Of a stretch of 64,000 nt of DNA, positions 9,382 through 19,291 are shown in pieces (within the stretch, counting starts at the first letter, position 1; each line of letters begins with the position of its first letter). Where the stretch lies: NCBI GenBank assembly GCA_937921305.1, contig CAKZSU010000004.1, forward strand, positions 22,316-86,315, in the 5' to 3' direction. Below the pieces are notes generated by a model, which did not search any database, had not been told where the DNA came from, and was given only the letters and a program-made list of their open reading frames with translations. Source of the DNA: an uncultured Patescibacteria group bacterium. Lineage in GTDB: Bacteria; Patescibacteriota; Microgenomatia; UBA10105; UBA927. The translations under genes were made by a program, and so were the position numbers.

Positions 9382-10317
9382 ATGCAGGGAGACACAATCC
9401 TTCTTCTTGTTGCAATTGCTTTGTGTTTTTTTGCGATTTTGTATTTGATTATAACTCAACGATCCCGTCGCGATGATACTGCGATGATTGAATGGTTGAA
9501 GAGCATGCAACAAACGATTCGATCGTCTACCGCTGACACGAATACGCTTATTAGTCAGCGTCTTGACGCCGCCGCGATGGTTATTGGCGAACTAAAGAGA
9601 AGCTTGGGAGAGATGACGGAGATTGGAAGAGGTATTAAACGGTTTCAGGACTTTTTGCAATCGCCAAAACTTCGCGGAACGATTGGAGAACATATCTTGG
9701 TCGATACGATTTCACAATGGTTTCCCAAACAATCATTTACTCTTCAATATGCGTTTTCTTCCGGGGAGAAAGTTGATGTGGCGATCAAAACCGACGCGGG
9801 GATTCTTCCTGTCGACGCGAAATTTCCACTGACGAGTTTTCAAAAAATACATCACGCTTCCACGGAAGATGAACGAGACAGAGCGGAACGATCATTTTTC
9901 CTTGACATCAAAAAGCATATTGACGATATCGCAAGGAAGTACATTCGGCCAGATGAAGGAACGCTTGATTTTGCTCTGATGTATGTTCCGTCAGAAGCGG
10001 TGTACTATGAGGTTGTTAATGCAGAATCTCTTATGGCATACGCGAAAGAACGTCGGGTTTATCCTGTATCTCCAAGCACATTCTGCGCACATCTCCAAAT
10101 ACTATTATTGGGGTTTCAAGGAAAGGAGTTAGAGAGAAAAACACAGGATATTATGAGAATACTGCAAAGCGTGGAGAACGATATGAAAGCGTTACGAGAT
10201 CAGTATGATGTCTTGTCTCGTCACATAGCAAACGCTCACGCAAACGCGACATATGTTGGGACGATGATGAATCGGCTTGAACAGAAAATAGTCCAGATAA
10301 ATACATTTTCGGACTAG
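9382..10317 (+). CDS. rmuC: DNA recombination protein RmuC
   Basis: N-terminal TM helix, coiled-coil region, and DFALMYVPSEAVYYEV, which matches the RmuC conserved core. Confidence 0.7.
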   Translation: MQGDTILLLVAIALCFFAILYLIITQRSRRDDTAMIEWLKSMQQTIRSSTADTNTLISQRLDAAAMVIGELKRSLGEMTEIGRGIKRFQDFLQSPKLRGTIGEHILVDTISQWFPKQSFTLQYAFSSGEKVDVAIKTDAGILPVDAKFPLTSFQKIHHASTEDERDRAERSFFLDIKKHIDDIARKYIRPDEGTLDFALMYVPSEAVYYEVVNAESLMAYAKERRVYPVSPSTFCAHLQILLLGFQGKELERKTQDIMRILQSVENDMKALRDQYDVLSRHIANAHANATYVGTMMNRLEQKIVQINTFSD

Positions 10318-10320
10318 AAG

Positions 10321-10857
10321 TTACTCTTTACGCAGTTCCCAAAAATCGCTTCCTTTTGCGTCCCATGACATGCGATATTCATCGGGATCATCGGCGTTGT
10401 ATTTGTTGTTTACGATATAGAGAATTTCAGCGTTGCGCGTCATGTGGTTTGCCGCGCCATGCGCGACGCCTCGAGGAATATATACGATCATATCTGATGA
10501 TAATGGAATTCGCATTGTGATATCCTGTGTGGGAGATGAAGTTCGGACATCCCAGAGTCCGAGAAGAAGTCTTGTTTCATCTGAAACGCTCCACAGTTCA
10601 TCCTGATAAAAATGAAGGTGCCACGCTTTGATTGTTTTTGGAAGCATCAACGATCTATTGATTTGCGCGATAGTAAAATCGAATAGTGGTGCGAATCCAT
10701 GGTTTATATCATTGGATCGAAGTAATTCTGTAAATGATCCATCCTCTGTTACATGCGTTTTAAGAGAGATGATTTTTACTCCATCAATGATTGTTTTTTT
10801 ATGAGATTGTTTGTGAATCAATGATTTTGCGTGTTCAATAAGATCGTTGCTATTCAT
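10321..10857 (-). CDS. Cupin-fold sugar-nucleotide epimerase/isomerase (RmlC/FdtA/WxcM-like)
   Basis: GVKIISLKTHVTEDGSFTELL and KAWHLHFYQDELWSV resemble the dTDP-sugar 3,5-epimerase / 3,4-ketoisomerase cupin. Start moved to the internal Met (MNSNDLIE) to remove a 34-nt overlap with the divergent helicase. Confidence 0.55.
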   Translation of the reverse strand: MNSNDLIEHAKSLIHKQSHKKTIIDGVKIISLKTHVTEDGSFTELLRSNDINHGFAPLFDFTIAQINRSLMLPKTIKAWHLHFYQDELWSVSDETRLLLGLWDVRTSSPTQDITMRIPLSSDMIVYIPRGVAHGAANHMTRNAEILYIVNNKYNADDPDEYRMSWDAKGSDFWELRKE

Positions 10858-10904
10858 ATATAGTTCATTGTACCATATGGCATGCGTGGATTGTTGAAGA
10901 TTGT

Positions 10905-13781
10905 ATGAAAACAATAAATGAGGAACAGCGACAAGCAATTGAACATGGCAATGGTCCGTTGATGATTATTGCAGGTGCTGGCACAGGGAAAACGACCGTT
11001 ATTACAGAGCGCATAAAGTATTTGATCCTTTTGGGTAAAGCAAAACCTCAAGAGATTCTCGCACTAACCTTTACAGAAAAAGCAAGCGAAGAAATGGAAG
11101 AACGAGTCGATCAGGCGTTGCCATACGGACTTGTTCATTTATGGATCTCCACATTTCATTCTTTTTGCGATCGCGTGCTTCGGGCTGATGGCATTCATAT
11201 TGGCATAAATCCAGATTACTCATTGATGACCGAAGCAGAGAGCATTCTCTTTTTTAAGAAGCATCTTTTTTCATTCGAACTGTCTTACTTTCGTCCGTTA
11301 GGAAATCCGTCAAAATTTGTCTCGGGCATGATCCAGCACTTTTCTCGACTAAAAGACGAAGATATCGATCCAATTGCATATCAGCGATGGGTTGACGGAA
11401 ACGAAGAATTAAAAGAGATCATTCAAGAATATGAACAATACAAAGAATTGGCGAATACCTACGAGATGTATCAACGATTAAAGATTGAACACGGCGTGTT
11501 TGATTTTTCGGACCTTATTTTTTACACGCTAAAGCTCTTTCGAGATCGTCCAAATATTCTAAAACGGTATCAAGAACAATTTCGATACATATTAATCGAT
11601 GAATTTCAAGACACGAATTACGCGCAAAATCAGCTCGTGTTGTTGCTTGCCGGAGAGAAGCAAAATGTAACAGTCGTTGGCGATGATGATCAGGCGATTT
11701 ATCGTTTTAGGGGAGCGGCGATTTCAAACATGATTCAATTTCGTCGATATTTTCCAAACGTTACAACAGTGGTATTGACAAAAAATTATCGATCGACAAA
11801 AGAGATTTTAGACAGATCGTACGATCTTATTCAACATAATAATCCCTATCGCTTAGAAATAGCGGAAGGCATAGACAAGAAATTGGAAAGTATGCGAAGA
11901 GTGAATGGACAAAACATAGAAGTGATTATTGCTGATCGTGTTGAATACGAAGCTGAAGCAGTAGCAAAGAAAATTCTCGATATTAAATCGGAGCGTGTCG
12001 GATTCCGTTGGAGCGATGTGGCGATTTTGGTTCGAGCAAATTCGCATGTGGAGCCATTTACGCGAGTGTTTGAAGGATGGAGAATTCCGTTTCAATTTTT
12101 AGGTCCCGGACAATTATTTCGTCAACCTGAAATAAAAGATCTTATTGCATATCTCAAAGTGTTATACGCGTTTGATGATAACATATCACTCTATCGAGTT
12201 TTGACGATGCCTATATTTGAGATAACCGGAGAAGAAATTGCGTCGTTGATGAATATGGCGAGAAATCAAGGAGAGTCTGTGTTTGAGGTGTGTCGATCTT
12301 TTTCTGAACAAACACCGCTTGGGAAGAAACTTAAACCAATCGTATCGATGATTCAGAAACATCTTGATATGGTCCGAACAGAAACTGCGGGACAAATTCT
12401 TTACTTCTTTTTAGAAGAAACCGGTATGTTGCGTCGACTTGCTCGGTACGAAACAGTTCGAGATGAACAAATCGCTCAAAATATAGCAACATTTTTTGAC
12501 AAGCTAAAAACATACGAACTTGAACATAAAGGTGACGCGTCAGTGTTTTCTGTTGTTGATTGGATTGATTTATCAATGAGTCTTGGCGAGTCTCCTCTTG
12601 CATCAACCATTGATTGGTCAAGAAACAACGCAGTGAATATCCTCACCGTGCATTCTTCAAAAGGATTGGAATTTCCAATTGTTTTCCTCGTCAATCTTGT
12701 CGATTCTCGGTTTCCGTCCATTGACAGGAAAGAACAAATTCCCATTCCGACAGCATTGATTAAAGAAATTCTCCCAGAAGGAGATCATCATCTTCAGGAA
12801 GAACGACGATTGTTTTATGTCGGCATGACGAGAGCGAGAGATTATTTGTGTTTTACCGCCGCGAGATATTACGGTGAGGGAAAGAAGGTAAAAAAATGTT
12901 CTCCATTCATTGTCGAAGCGGTAGGAGAAGATGAGATGCAAAAAGCGATACAGCAAGAGCGAAGCGAGCAAGGAAGGCAACTTTCGCTCCTTGAGGATTG
13001 GAAACCGAAAATAAAAGAAGAAACGCATTCTCGTGAAATCAAAGAATCTTTAATCCAAGTTTCCTATACTCAATTAGAGACATTCATGACGTGTCCGTTG
13101 CAGTACAAGTATCGGTATGTCGTGAGAATTCCTGCGCCTCCGGCGGCGGCGTTGTCGTTTGGACAGACATTGCATGAGACGATGCGAGTTTTTTTCACTG
13201 CCGTGAAAGAAGGAAAGCGTCCAAGCATCGATGATCTTCTTCGATGTTATCGCGAGCAATGGATTGCAAAAGGATATAAACATAGAGGGTATGAAGAGAA
13301 AATGAGACATCATGGAGAATCGCTTCTCAAAGCATTTTATGAACACGCGTATGATCCAACAGTTATTCCTCGCGATCTTGAGCAGTCATTTCGAATTAAA
13401 ATCACGCCAGCGATAAGATTGACGGGGAAAATAGATCGCGTTGATGTACTTCCAGATGGCAAGCTGGAAATTATTGATTATAAAACAGGACAATCTACAA
13501 AAAGCAAACGGGCAAAAGACGATCTTCAATTATCTATCTACGCGTTGTCTGCGACCGATCAGGGCGTGTATGGATATCGTCCGGAAGATGTGATTGTGTC
13601 GTTTTATTTTTTTGAAGGAGCGGAAAAAGTTTCAGCGACCAGAACAAAAGAACAATTGGAAGAAGCGAAAGAAAAGATCATTTTTTTTGTGAATGACATG
13701 CAAAAAGGAGTATATCCTCCAACTCCCGGAAAGCATTGCGACTTTTGCGAATTTCGCTTGTTATGCGAAGCGTGGCAGTAA
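10905..13781 (+). CDS. UvrD/PcrA-family SF1 helicase fused to a C-terminal PD-(D/E)xK nuclease with an AddB/Cas4-type Fe-S Cys cluster
   Basis: Walker A AGAGTGKTT. UvrD motifs DEFQDT and VGDDDQAIYRFRGA. C-terminal IDYKTGQ nuclease motif. One upstream Cys (TCPLQY) plus CDFCEFRLLC (Cx2Cx5C). Confidence 0.85.
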   Translation: MKTINEEQRQAIEHGNGPLMIIAGAGTGKTTVITERIKYLILLGKAKPQEILALTFTEKASEEMEERVDQALPYGLVHLWISTFHSFCDRVLRADGIHIGINPDYSLMTEAESILFFKKHLFSFELSYFRPLGNPSKFVSGMIQHFSRLKDEDIDPIAYQRWVDGNEELKEIIQEYEQYKELANTYEMYQRLKIEHGVFDFSDLIFYTLKLFRDRPNILKRYQEQFRYILIDEFQDTNYAQNQLVLLLAGEKQNVTVVGDDDQAIYRFRGAAISNMIQFRRYFPNVTTVVLTKNYRSTKEILDRSYDLIQHNNPYRLEIAEGIDKKLESMRRVNGQNIEVIIADRVEYEAEAVAKKILDIKSERVGFRWSDVAILVRANSHVEPFTRVFEGWRIPFQFLGPGQLFRQPEIKDLIAYLKVLYAFDDNISLYRVLTMPIFEITGEEIASLMNMARNQGESVFEVCRSFSEQTPLGKKLKPIVSMIQKHLDMVRTETAGQILYFFLEETGMLRRLARYETVRDEQIAQNIATFFDKLKTYELEHKGDASVFSVVDWIDLSMSLGESPLASTIDWSRNNAVNILTVHSSKGLEFPIVFLVNLVDSRFPSIDRKEQIPIPTALIKEILPEGDHHLQEERRLFYVGMTRARDYLCFTAARYYGEGKKVKKCSPFIVEAVGEDEMQKAIQQERSEQGRQLSLLEDWKPKIKEETHSREIKESLIQVSYTQLETFMTCPLQYKYRYVVRIPAPPAAALSFGQTLHETMRVFFTAVKEGKRPSIDDLLRCYREQWIAKGYKHRGYEEKMRHHGESLLKAFYEHAYDPTVIPRDLEQSFRIKITPAIRLTGKIDRVDVLPDGKLEIIDYKTGQSTKSKRAKDDLQLSIYALSATDQGVYGYRPEDVIVSFYFFEGAEKVSATRTKEQLEEAKEKIIFFVNDMQKGVYPPTPGKHCDFCEFRLLCEAWQ

Positions 13782-13790
13782 AGCGGCTTA

Positions 13791-14615
13791 TTAATAATGC
13801 GTTGGATAATAGAGAGGAAATCCTCCAAATTCTTCTTTGAATCGCGTGAATCCAAGCCAATCTTTATTGGCATGAGGAAATCGTTCATCCCATACGCCAA
13901 GAAAATCAAAAAGCTTCATGCCTCGTTGTTTGGATCGTTTGATTGCTTCCCACGCAAGCAGTGTCGGCGCAGCGACAGATTTTCCCGCTTTCGTTCCTCC
14001 CGCGATCCAATAGTGTGCAACGTCTTCCCAACATATAAGAAAGATTCCAGCGACAAGTTGATGATTGTGATACGCAAGAAGTGTTGTCGCGTTATGCGGT
14101 CTGAACGCCTCCCATAATTGTTTCGCGCCTATCGTGGTTATCCATCCTAACATGCCGGCTGCTTTGCTTTTTATGGCGATAAGATCTGCAATATGTTCTG
14201 ATTCAACTACCGTGACATGATGTTTGATCGCTTTTCTCACCGCTCGTCGTTTTGCTTGACTTAGTGATGCAAATAGTTCATCTTCTGTTTTTGTAAGATC
14301 GATGCGGATTGTTTTTGTTGGGATATATGGAGAAGTTACAAGATGAACATATCGTCGAAGCGATCGCGCATAGTCTTTTAAGGATGTTTCATCTATGCCT
14401 GCCGAAGCTTCCAAGACAAGTCTTCTTACGCGATATCTTTTAAATATTGAAAGAAGATGATCGATATCAGGAAATGTTTCAAAGCGCTGCATTTTTGCGA
14501 ATCCTCCAAAGAATGGAAAACGCTTGATAAACATATTGACGCCATCAACGCGTTCTACGTGCCAGTGAAGTTTTTTAATGTATATCTCATAGAGTGGGGA
14601 TTGTTGCAATTCCAT
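13791..14615 (-). CDS. FemAB-family (GNAT-fold) peptidoglycan aminoacyltransferase-like protein, short paralog
   Basis: C-terminal half resembles FemX-type acyltransferases (LFDFLGV, GFTRFKEEFGG). Tandem with the next gene. Confidence 0.55.
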   Translation of the reverse strand: MELQQSPLYEIYIKKLHWHVERVDGVNMFIKRFPFFGGFAKMQRFETFPDIDHLLSIFKRYRVRRLVLEASAGIDETSLKDYARSLRRYVHLVTSPYIPTKTIRIDLTKTEDELFASLSQAKRRAVRKAIKHHVTVVESEHIADLIAIKSKAAGMLGWITTIGAKQLWEAFRPHNATTLLAYHNHQLVAGIFLICWEDVAHYWIAGGTKAGKSVAAPTLLAWEAIKRSKQRGMKLFDFLGVWDERFPHANKDWLGFTRFKEEFGGFPLYYPTHY

Positions 14616-14618
14616 ATC

Positions 14619-15566
14619 TTATCGTTTTATCAAACGCAGCATATTCCATCGCATGACATCCGCGACGCGGTATAAATGGTAAGCCATAGGTGAGACGACG
14701 AGATCATATGAGCCAATAAACTCGATGAGCTCTGGATAAAACCCTTGCTTAAATGTGTGGAATCCATACCATGGATGATGCGGATCAGGGTTTGGTCCAA
14801 TCGCTCCCCAAAGGTCAAATGAAGTATAGCCATGTCGTTTTCCCCATCGAGCGATTTCCCAAAGTAACAAGTAAGAAGCCATCACTTCTCGATGCGATCG
14901 CGATGACGCGCCGTATGGATAATAAATAGTATCTTTAAAACAAAAGATGATCCATGCTGCAAGTGTTTTATGATTATACTCCGCAACCCATAGCTTTGCG
15001 ATGCCGGCGCCATGCATGATCTTCCACATGGTTTTATGATATTCTGGTGTGTGCGCATAAAATTTTTGTCGTTTTGTTGTCTCTTCTTGAAGTTTGAGAT
15101 ACATATTGAATGCTTCTTCTGATGAATCTTCTTTCACGATAACGCCGTGTCGTTGGGCGACTTTGATATTGTATCGAGTTTTTCGATGCATAGTTACGAG
15201 GAGTTCTTCTTCTGATTTTGTGAGGTTAAGAACAAAGGTATATTTGGTAAAAAGCGGATGATGAGAGGGAATGAGCGATGATGGTAGTGATTGTTTTGGA
15301 GTTGCCTGAACATTTGGTTCTAATTGGATAAATATAGCGTTATGTTCCTTCCCAACATCTTTGAGGATTGAGATCATTTCTTCTGTCGGAATTGGACCTT
15401 TTGGAAAATATCCAATTGTATAAGAGGTAAATGGAACGCTATGGAAAGTGAGTTGCCATCCGTGCGTTCTGACAACAGAAATCCCCATAGATGATCGAAA
15501 TTCTCCCCATTCCCATGATTGAAGCGGATGATGAACCTGTTTATTCCACGCTTTGGCGTTATTCAT
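14619..15566 (-). CDS. FemAB-family tRNA-dependent peptidoglycan aminoacyltransferase (FemX-like)
   Basis: QSWEWGEF, YFPKGP, RKTRYNIK and FDLWGA motifs match FemAB/FemX conserved segments. Confidence 0.7.
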   Translation of the reverse strand: MNNAKAWNKQVHHPLQSWEWGEFRSSMGISVVRTHGWQLTFHSVPFTSYTIGYFPKGPIPTEEMISILKDVGKEHNAIFIQLEPNVQATPKQSLPSSLIPSHHPLFTKYTFVLNLTKSEEELLVTMHRKTRYNIKVAQRHGVIVKEDSSEEAFNMYLKLQEETTKRQKFYAHTPEYHKTMWKIMHGAGIAKLWVAEYNHKTLAAWIIFCFKDTIYYPYGASSRSHREVMASYLLLWEIARWGKRHGYTSFDLWGAIGPNPDPHHPWYGFHTFKQGFYPELIEFIGSYDLVVSPMAYHLYRVADVMRWNMLRLIKR

Positions 15567-15839
15567 GATTCATTTATTATAGCGGATTGAGCTTTCTTGC
15601 TTTCGCATGATACACTAGCGGTAATGATTAAGAAGAAGTCTCCACATAGAAAAAAGCCTGAACATCATCACCATAATCGCCCTATTCGATGGCTGCCGAT
15701 AAGCAGTCGATGGTTGCCATTAAAATTAACAAAAGTTACCGGAGTTGCGAGATTATTTTTAGAGATAGAAATTACACTGGCTATTTTTATTGTTGTTGGA
15801 GCAATAGTTGTAGGTATTTTAAACGTTGTTTCAACGCTC

Positions 15840-17699
15840 TTAAATAAGTAAATCTTCTTCTCTCCATCCCCGATCAAGTCCAAGCGATCGTTGATAGTCA
15901 ATCAAGTATTCTGGAATATCACTGATGAATCGAGATATTGTTGTGTGAATTCTGTTTCCATAGAGCATCCGTTTTAATGCGTATGTTAGGTATAATCGTT
16001 GTTTTGCTCTCGTGATTCCCACATAACAAAGACGTCGTTCTTCTTCAAGTTCTTCAGAATCCATGAGTGTTCTACTATGAGGAAATAATCCTTCTTCCAT
16101 GCCGACCATAAATACTGTGTCAAATTCCAATCCTTTTGCTGCGTGTATAGTCATAAGTGTGACTGCCGATCGTTGTTCATCTCGTTGTTTAAGCGATTCT
16201 GACTCATATTCTTGTTCCACCAACGCGACATTTTCTAAAAACGCGTAAAGGTCTGGGAATTCAGTAGCAACAGATCGAAGTTCTTTGATATTTTCCAATC
16301 TATACGCCTCTTCTTCGCTATTTGCGTCATAGAGAGATAGATAATCTGTCTCTTGAAGAACACGGTCAAGAAGTTCAATGGTAGAAAGCGAGATCAATTT
16401 TATATCTTTTTTCCATGATTCAAGGAAGGCAAGAAATTTTCTTAATCGTTGTTTTCCAAGTTTTTCAATACGCTTAAAAGAAACGCTGTCTTGAGGATTT
16501 GCGAGTATCCGTAAGTACGCAATAACATCTTTGATTTCTTTTCGCTCATAAAATCGTGTGCCTCCGATGAGAATGTAGGGTATTCCCGCGTGAAGCAATG
16601 CTTCTTCGATGCTTCGCGATTGCGCGTTGGTTCTATAGAGAATCGCGGACGCATGAAATGGCAATCCTGATTGGAGTATTGTTTGAACAATAAATGTTCC
16701 CTCGTCATATTCATTTCGAGCTTCGTAAAGGATAAGCGGATTTCCTTGCCCGTTTTGTGTCCATAAATGAAGAATGGGGTGTGATGTATTTTTTGAAATG
16801 ATATGGAATGCTGCGTCAAGAATACACTGAGTTGAACGATAATTTTGTTCTAATCGATACTCGATAAGGCGAGGAAAATCACGCTTGAGCGACACAATGT
16901 TTCTAAAGTCCGCTCCTCGCCATCGATAGATGCTTTGTGAGGCGTCTCCAACGACAACAAGATTTTCTTGGTCTCCTGTAAGGAGTTTTGAGAGTTCATA
17001 CTGCGGTGTATTTGTGTCTTGGTATTCATCAATCATAAGAAATTGATATTTCTCTTGATATGTTTTTCTGACAGATTCATGCGATTTCAAAAGTTCAACG
17101 GCAAAAACAAGAATATCGTCAAAGTCAATCGCGTTATTTTTTCGCAAGAGCGTTTGATACGTTGGATACACACGCGCGACAATCTCTTGGAAGTAGCCAT
17201 GAGCTATACTTTCATATTCTTTTGGAGATAATAATGCATTTTTCGCTTCAGATATGGTTCTTAAAACGCTTCCGGGGTGTATTTTTTTTGTTGATATATC
17301 AAGGTCGTTCATGACAGTTCTTATGACATCTACTTGATCCTGTTCGTCATAAATTACAAATATTTGTGGAATACCAATCAAATATCCATGCATGCGCAAG
17401 AGACGAGCGCAGAACGCATGAAATGTTCCAGTGTAAGGAATGAATCTATCTTTTTGATAAGAGGAGAGAAGTGATTGTATCCGATGTTTCATTTCTTTTG
17501 CAGCTTTATTGGTAAATGTAACGAGTAGAATATTGTTAGGAGAAATATTGTGATGAACGATAAGATGCGCGGTTCGGTGGGTTAATACTTTTGTTTTTCC
17601 GCTTCCAGCTCCCGCGAGGATGATCGCAGGTCCATGAAGATGCGTTGCTGACCGCAATTGATCAGTGTTTAATGAAGAAAGAATAGGGTCCGTCGTCAT
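15840..17699 (-). CDS. UvrD/PcrA/Rep-family ATP-dependent DNA helicase
   Basis: LAGAGSGKTKVL Walker A, DEYQDTN, VGDASQSIYRWRGA, and helicase motifs V/VI. 619 aa with no nuclease domain. Confidence 0.85.
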   Translation of the reverse strand: MTTDPILSSLNTDQLRSATHLHGPAIILAGAGSGKTKVLTHRTAHLIVHHNISPNNILLVTFTNKAAKEMKHRIQSLLSSYQKDRFIPYTGTFHAFCARLLRMHGYLIGIPQIFVIYDEQDQVDVIRTVMNDLDISTKKIHPGSVLRTISEAKNALLSPKEYESIAHGYFQEIVARVYPTYQTLLRKNNAIDFDDILVFAVELLKSHESVRKTYQEKYQFLMIDEYQDTNTPQYELSKLLTGDQENLVVVGDASQSIYRWRGADFRNIVSLKRDFPRLIEYRLEQNYRSTQCILDAAFHIISKNTSHPILHLWTQNGQGNPLILYEARNEYDEGTFIVQTILQSGLPFHASAILYRTNAQSRSIEEALLHAGIPYILIGGTRFYERKEIKDVIAYLRILANPQDSVSFKRIEKLGKQRLRKFLAFLESWKKDIKLISLSTIELLDRVLQETDYLSLYDANSEEEAYRLENIKELRSVATEFPDLYAFLENVALVEQEYESESLKQRDEQRSAVTLMTIHAAKGLEFDTVFMVGMEEGLFPHSRTLMDSEELEEERRLCYVGITRAKQRLYLTYALKRMLYGNRIHTTISRFISDIPEYLIDYQRSLGLDRGWREEDLLI

Positions 17700-17760
17700 A
17701 CAATTGTTTTATCCTATCACAACTTAACGAAATTACGATAGAAATAACGAAGACTGAATT

Positions 17761-19059
17761 TTACCAAGCGAGTCCAATAAATCCGGCGAGAATTAGCCCA
17801 ATGGCAAAGATAAAGAGAATATGTGTTGGTGTTGTTATCCCTGTCGTTGGAATATTGGGAGTCGGCGTTGGAGTTGGTTCCTCTGTGGGAGTTGGCATTT
17901 CGGTAATCGTCGCTGATGGCGTTGCGTCTCCCAAAACTTGTATTCCGCTTTTCATGATGGTGAATGCATGTGTGATTGTTACTGGTGTATGATCTTTATC
18001 AATTGTCGTCATCGTTACTTTTTGTTTGCCTGCCCCAATGGGTTTTGATGGTGTAAGTCGCCATTCTCCGTCAGATCGAACTCTCGTTGTATACACATAT
18101 GGTTCTTTTTCGCCTAATAACAGAGTGACAACATTTCCAGGTATTCCTCGTCCGGCAAAAAGTGGAGGATCGGAGATAACAATGCCGTTATTGACCGGAT
18201 GAAGAAGTTGAACAGAGATGTGTTTTTCATCAGGTGTAACTGTTCCAAGAACAGAAGAGAATGAGTTGTTGTCAGCCACCTCTTGTTGCATTTTTCGTTT
18301 GCCTTGTCCTCTGAAATCGTATGAGTTGCCAAGAATGATTGTCGGCACAGGTCGAGCGTTTGCGTTGTCTGTTATAACCTTTGTTTCTTCTCCTTGATAT
18401 CGAATTGTAATAAAAATATCTCCTGTTTCTTCTGTTGGTTCAATAAGTCGAGTGAGATCGTTTGAACGCAATAAATTAAGAGGGATCATCCATGATCCCG
18501 ACGGCTTCACTATGCCTGATAGTGTTTGGCTATTTGTTCCTAACGAAACGAACACGATTGCTCCTTCTGCTGGAGTGTTATCTTTTGTCATAATTGATCC
18601 ATAAATAGGGAGCATGCCGTTTGTGTCTATTGATAATGTTGGTCCTGTTCGGACAGAAGAAACAGCTGGATAAACAAATGATTTTCCATTAATGAGGAGT
18701 TCGATTGCATACTCTGTATTAGGTTGCAAACCCCTGACGGGTATACTTGTTGTTATATATTTTTTTTGTTCGCTTGTATGATATCGTTCATCAAAAAATG
18801 TTTGCTGCTTTCCATCCGGAAGGGTTATTCGAAGCGCTGAAAATGATGGCTTTGTTGTTTCCCAAATCACAGTAAATCCTGAATCTGTTATTGATGTTAT
18901 CTCGATATTTTGAGGAGAGAGTTCAACATTTGCTCGAGCATTTTCTTTCATAAGATAGTTAATCCCTGTTGCTAGTCCTGCGATTATCGCGATGACGATA
19001 AAAATTCCAACGATTGTTGGTATTTTTATTTGTTTTTTATATAGTGGATGATCGTTCAT
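17761..19059 (-). CDS. Secreted surface protein with an FN3-like domain and a C-terminal IPTTG + hydrophobic sorting-signal-like tail
   Basis: N-terminal TM/signal. FN3-like segment (SITDSGFTVIWETT...LQPNTEYAIEL). PT-rich linker. C-terminus NIPTTG followed by a 25-aa hydrophobic stretch. Last gene of the rpsT-pilN-pilO transcription unit. Confidence 0.5.
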   Translation of the reverse strand: MNDHPLYKKQIKIPTIVGIFIVIAIIAGLATGINYLMKENARANVELSPQNIEITSITDSGFTVIWETTKPSFSALRITLPDGKQQTFFDERYHTSEQKKYITTSIPVRGLQPNTEYAIELLINGKSFVYPAVSSVRTGPTLSIDTNGMLPIYGSIMTKDNTPAEGAIVFVSLGTNSQTLSGIVKPSGSWMIPLNLLRSNDLTRLIEPTEETGDIFITIRYQGEETKVITDNANARPVPTIILGNSYDFRGQGKRKMQQEVADNNSFSSVLGTVTPDEKHISVQLLHPVNNGIVISDPPLFAGRGIPGNVVTLLLGEKEPYVYTTRVRSDGEWRLTPSKPIGAGKQKVTMTTIDKDHTPVTITHAFTIMKSGIQVLGDATPSATITEMPTPTEEPTPTPTPNIPTTGITTPTHILFIFAIGLILAGFIGLAW

Positions 19060-19060
19060 A

Positions 19061-19273
19061 TTATTCAGTATTTTTCTTCATTCTTGTTTCCAGTATATCC
19101 AGTATGCCAGTATCTATTTCTGTATTCAATGGTTGAATGATTTGTTGTGTTCTTGATTGTATTGTTGGTGTTTTTGTTGTTTTGACGAGCTCAAAAAATA
19201 TCCATAAAGAAACTGTTAAAAAACTAAAAACAGATACAAGCAAAAGATCTTTATCGCTTTCTTCTCTGTACAT
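19061..19273 (-). CDS. Small TM protein, possible fragment or paralog of the PilO N-terminus
   Basis: 70-aa ORF whose TM segment VSVFSFLTVSLWIFF closely resembles PilO-like ILSFLTVSLFAWY. Confidence 0.3.
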   Translation of the reverse strand: MYREESDKDLLLVSVFSFLTVSLWIFFELVKTTKTPTIQSRTQQIIQPLNTEIDTGILDILETRMKKNTE

Positions 19274-19291
19274 AATTCTATAATAATAGAT

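Noticed and set aside
15824-15836. Short hairpin CGTTG-TTT-CAACG just downstream of the uvrD-family gene stop (minus strand)
   Set aside because: The stem is only 5 bp and the following U-tract is weak (TTTAAAATA). It is too marginal to call a terminator.
15597-15851. 84-aa plus-strand ORF (His run, RWLP repeats, C-terminal TM) between two minus-strand genes
   Set aside because: It lies in the 273-nt intergenic/promoter region of the FemAB gene on the opposite strand and overlaps the UvrD stop. It has no SD and odd composition, so it is probably not a real gene. I note it could still be a small membrane peptide.
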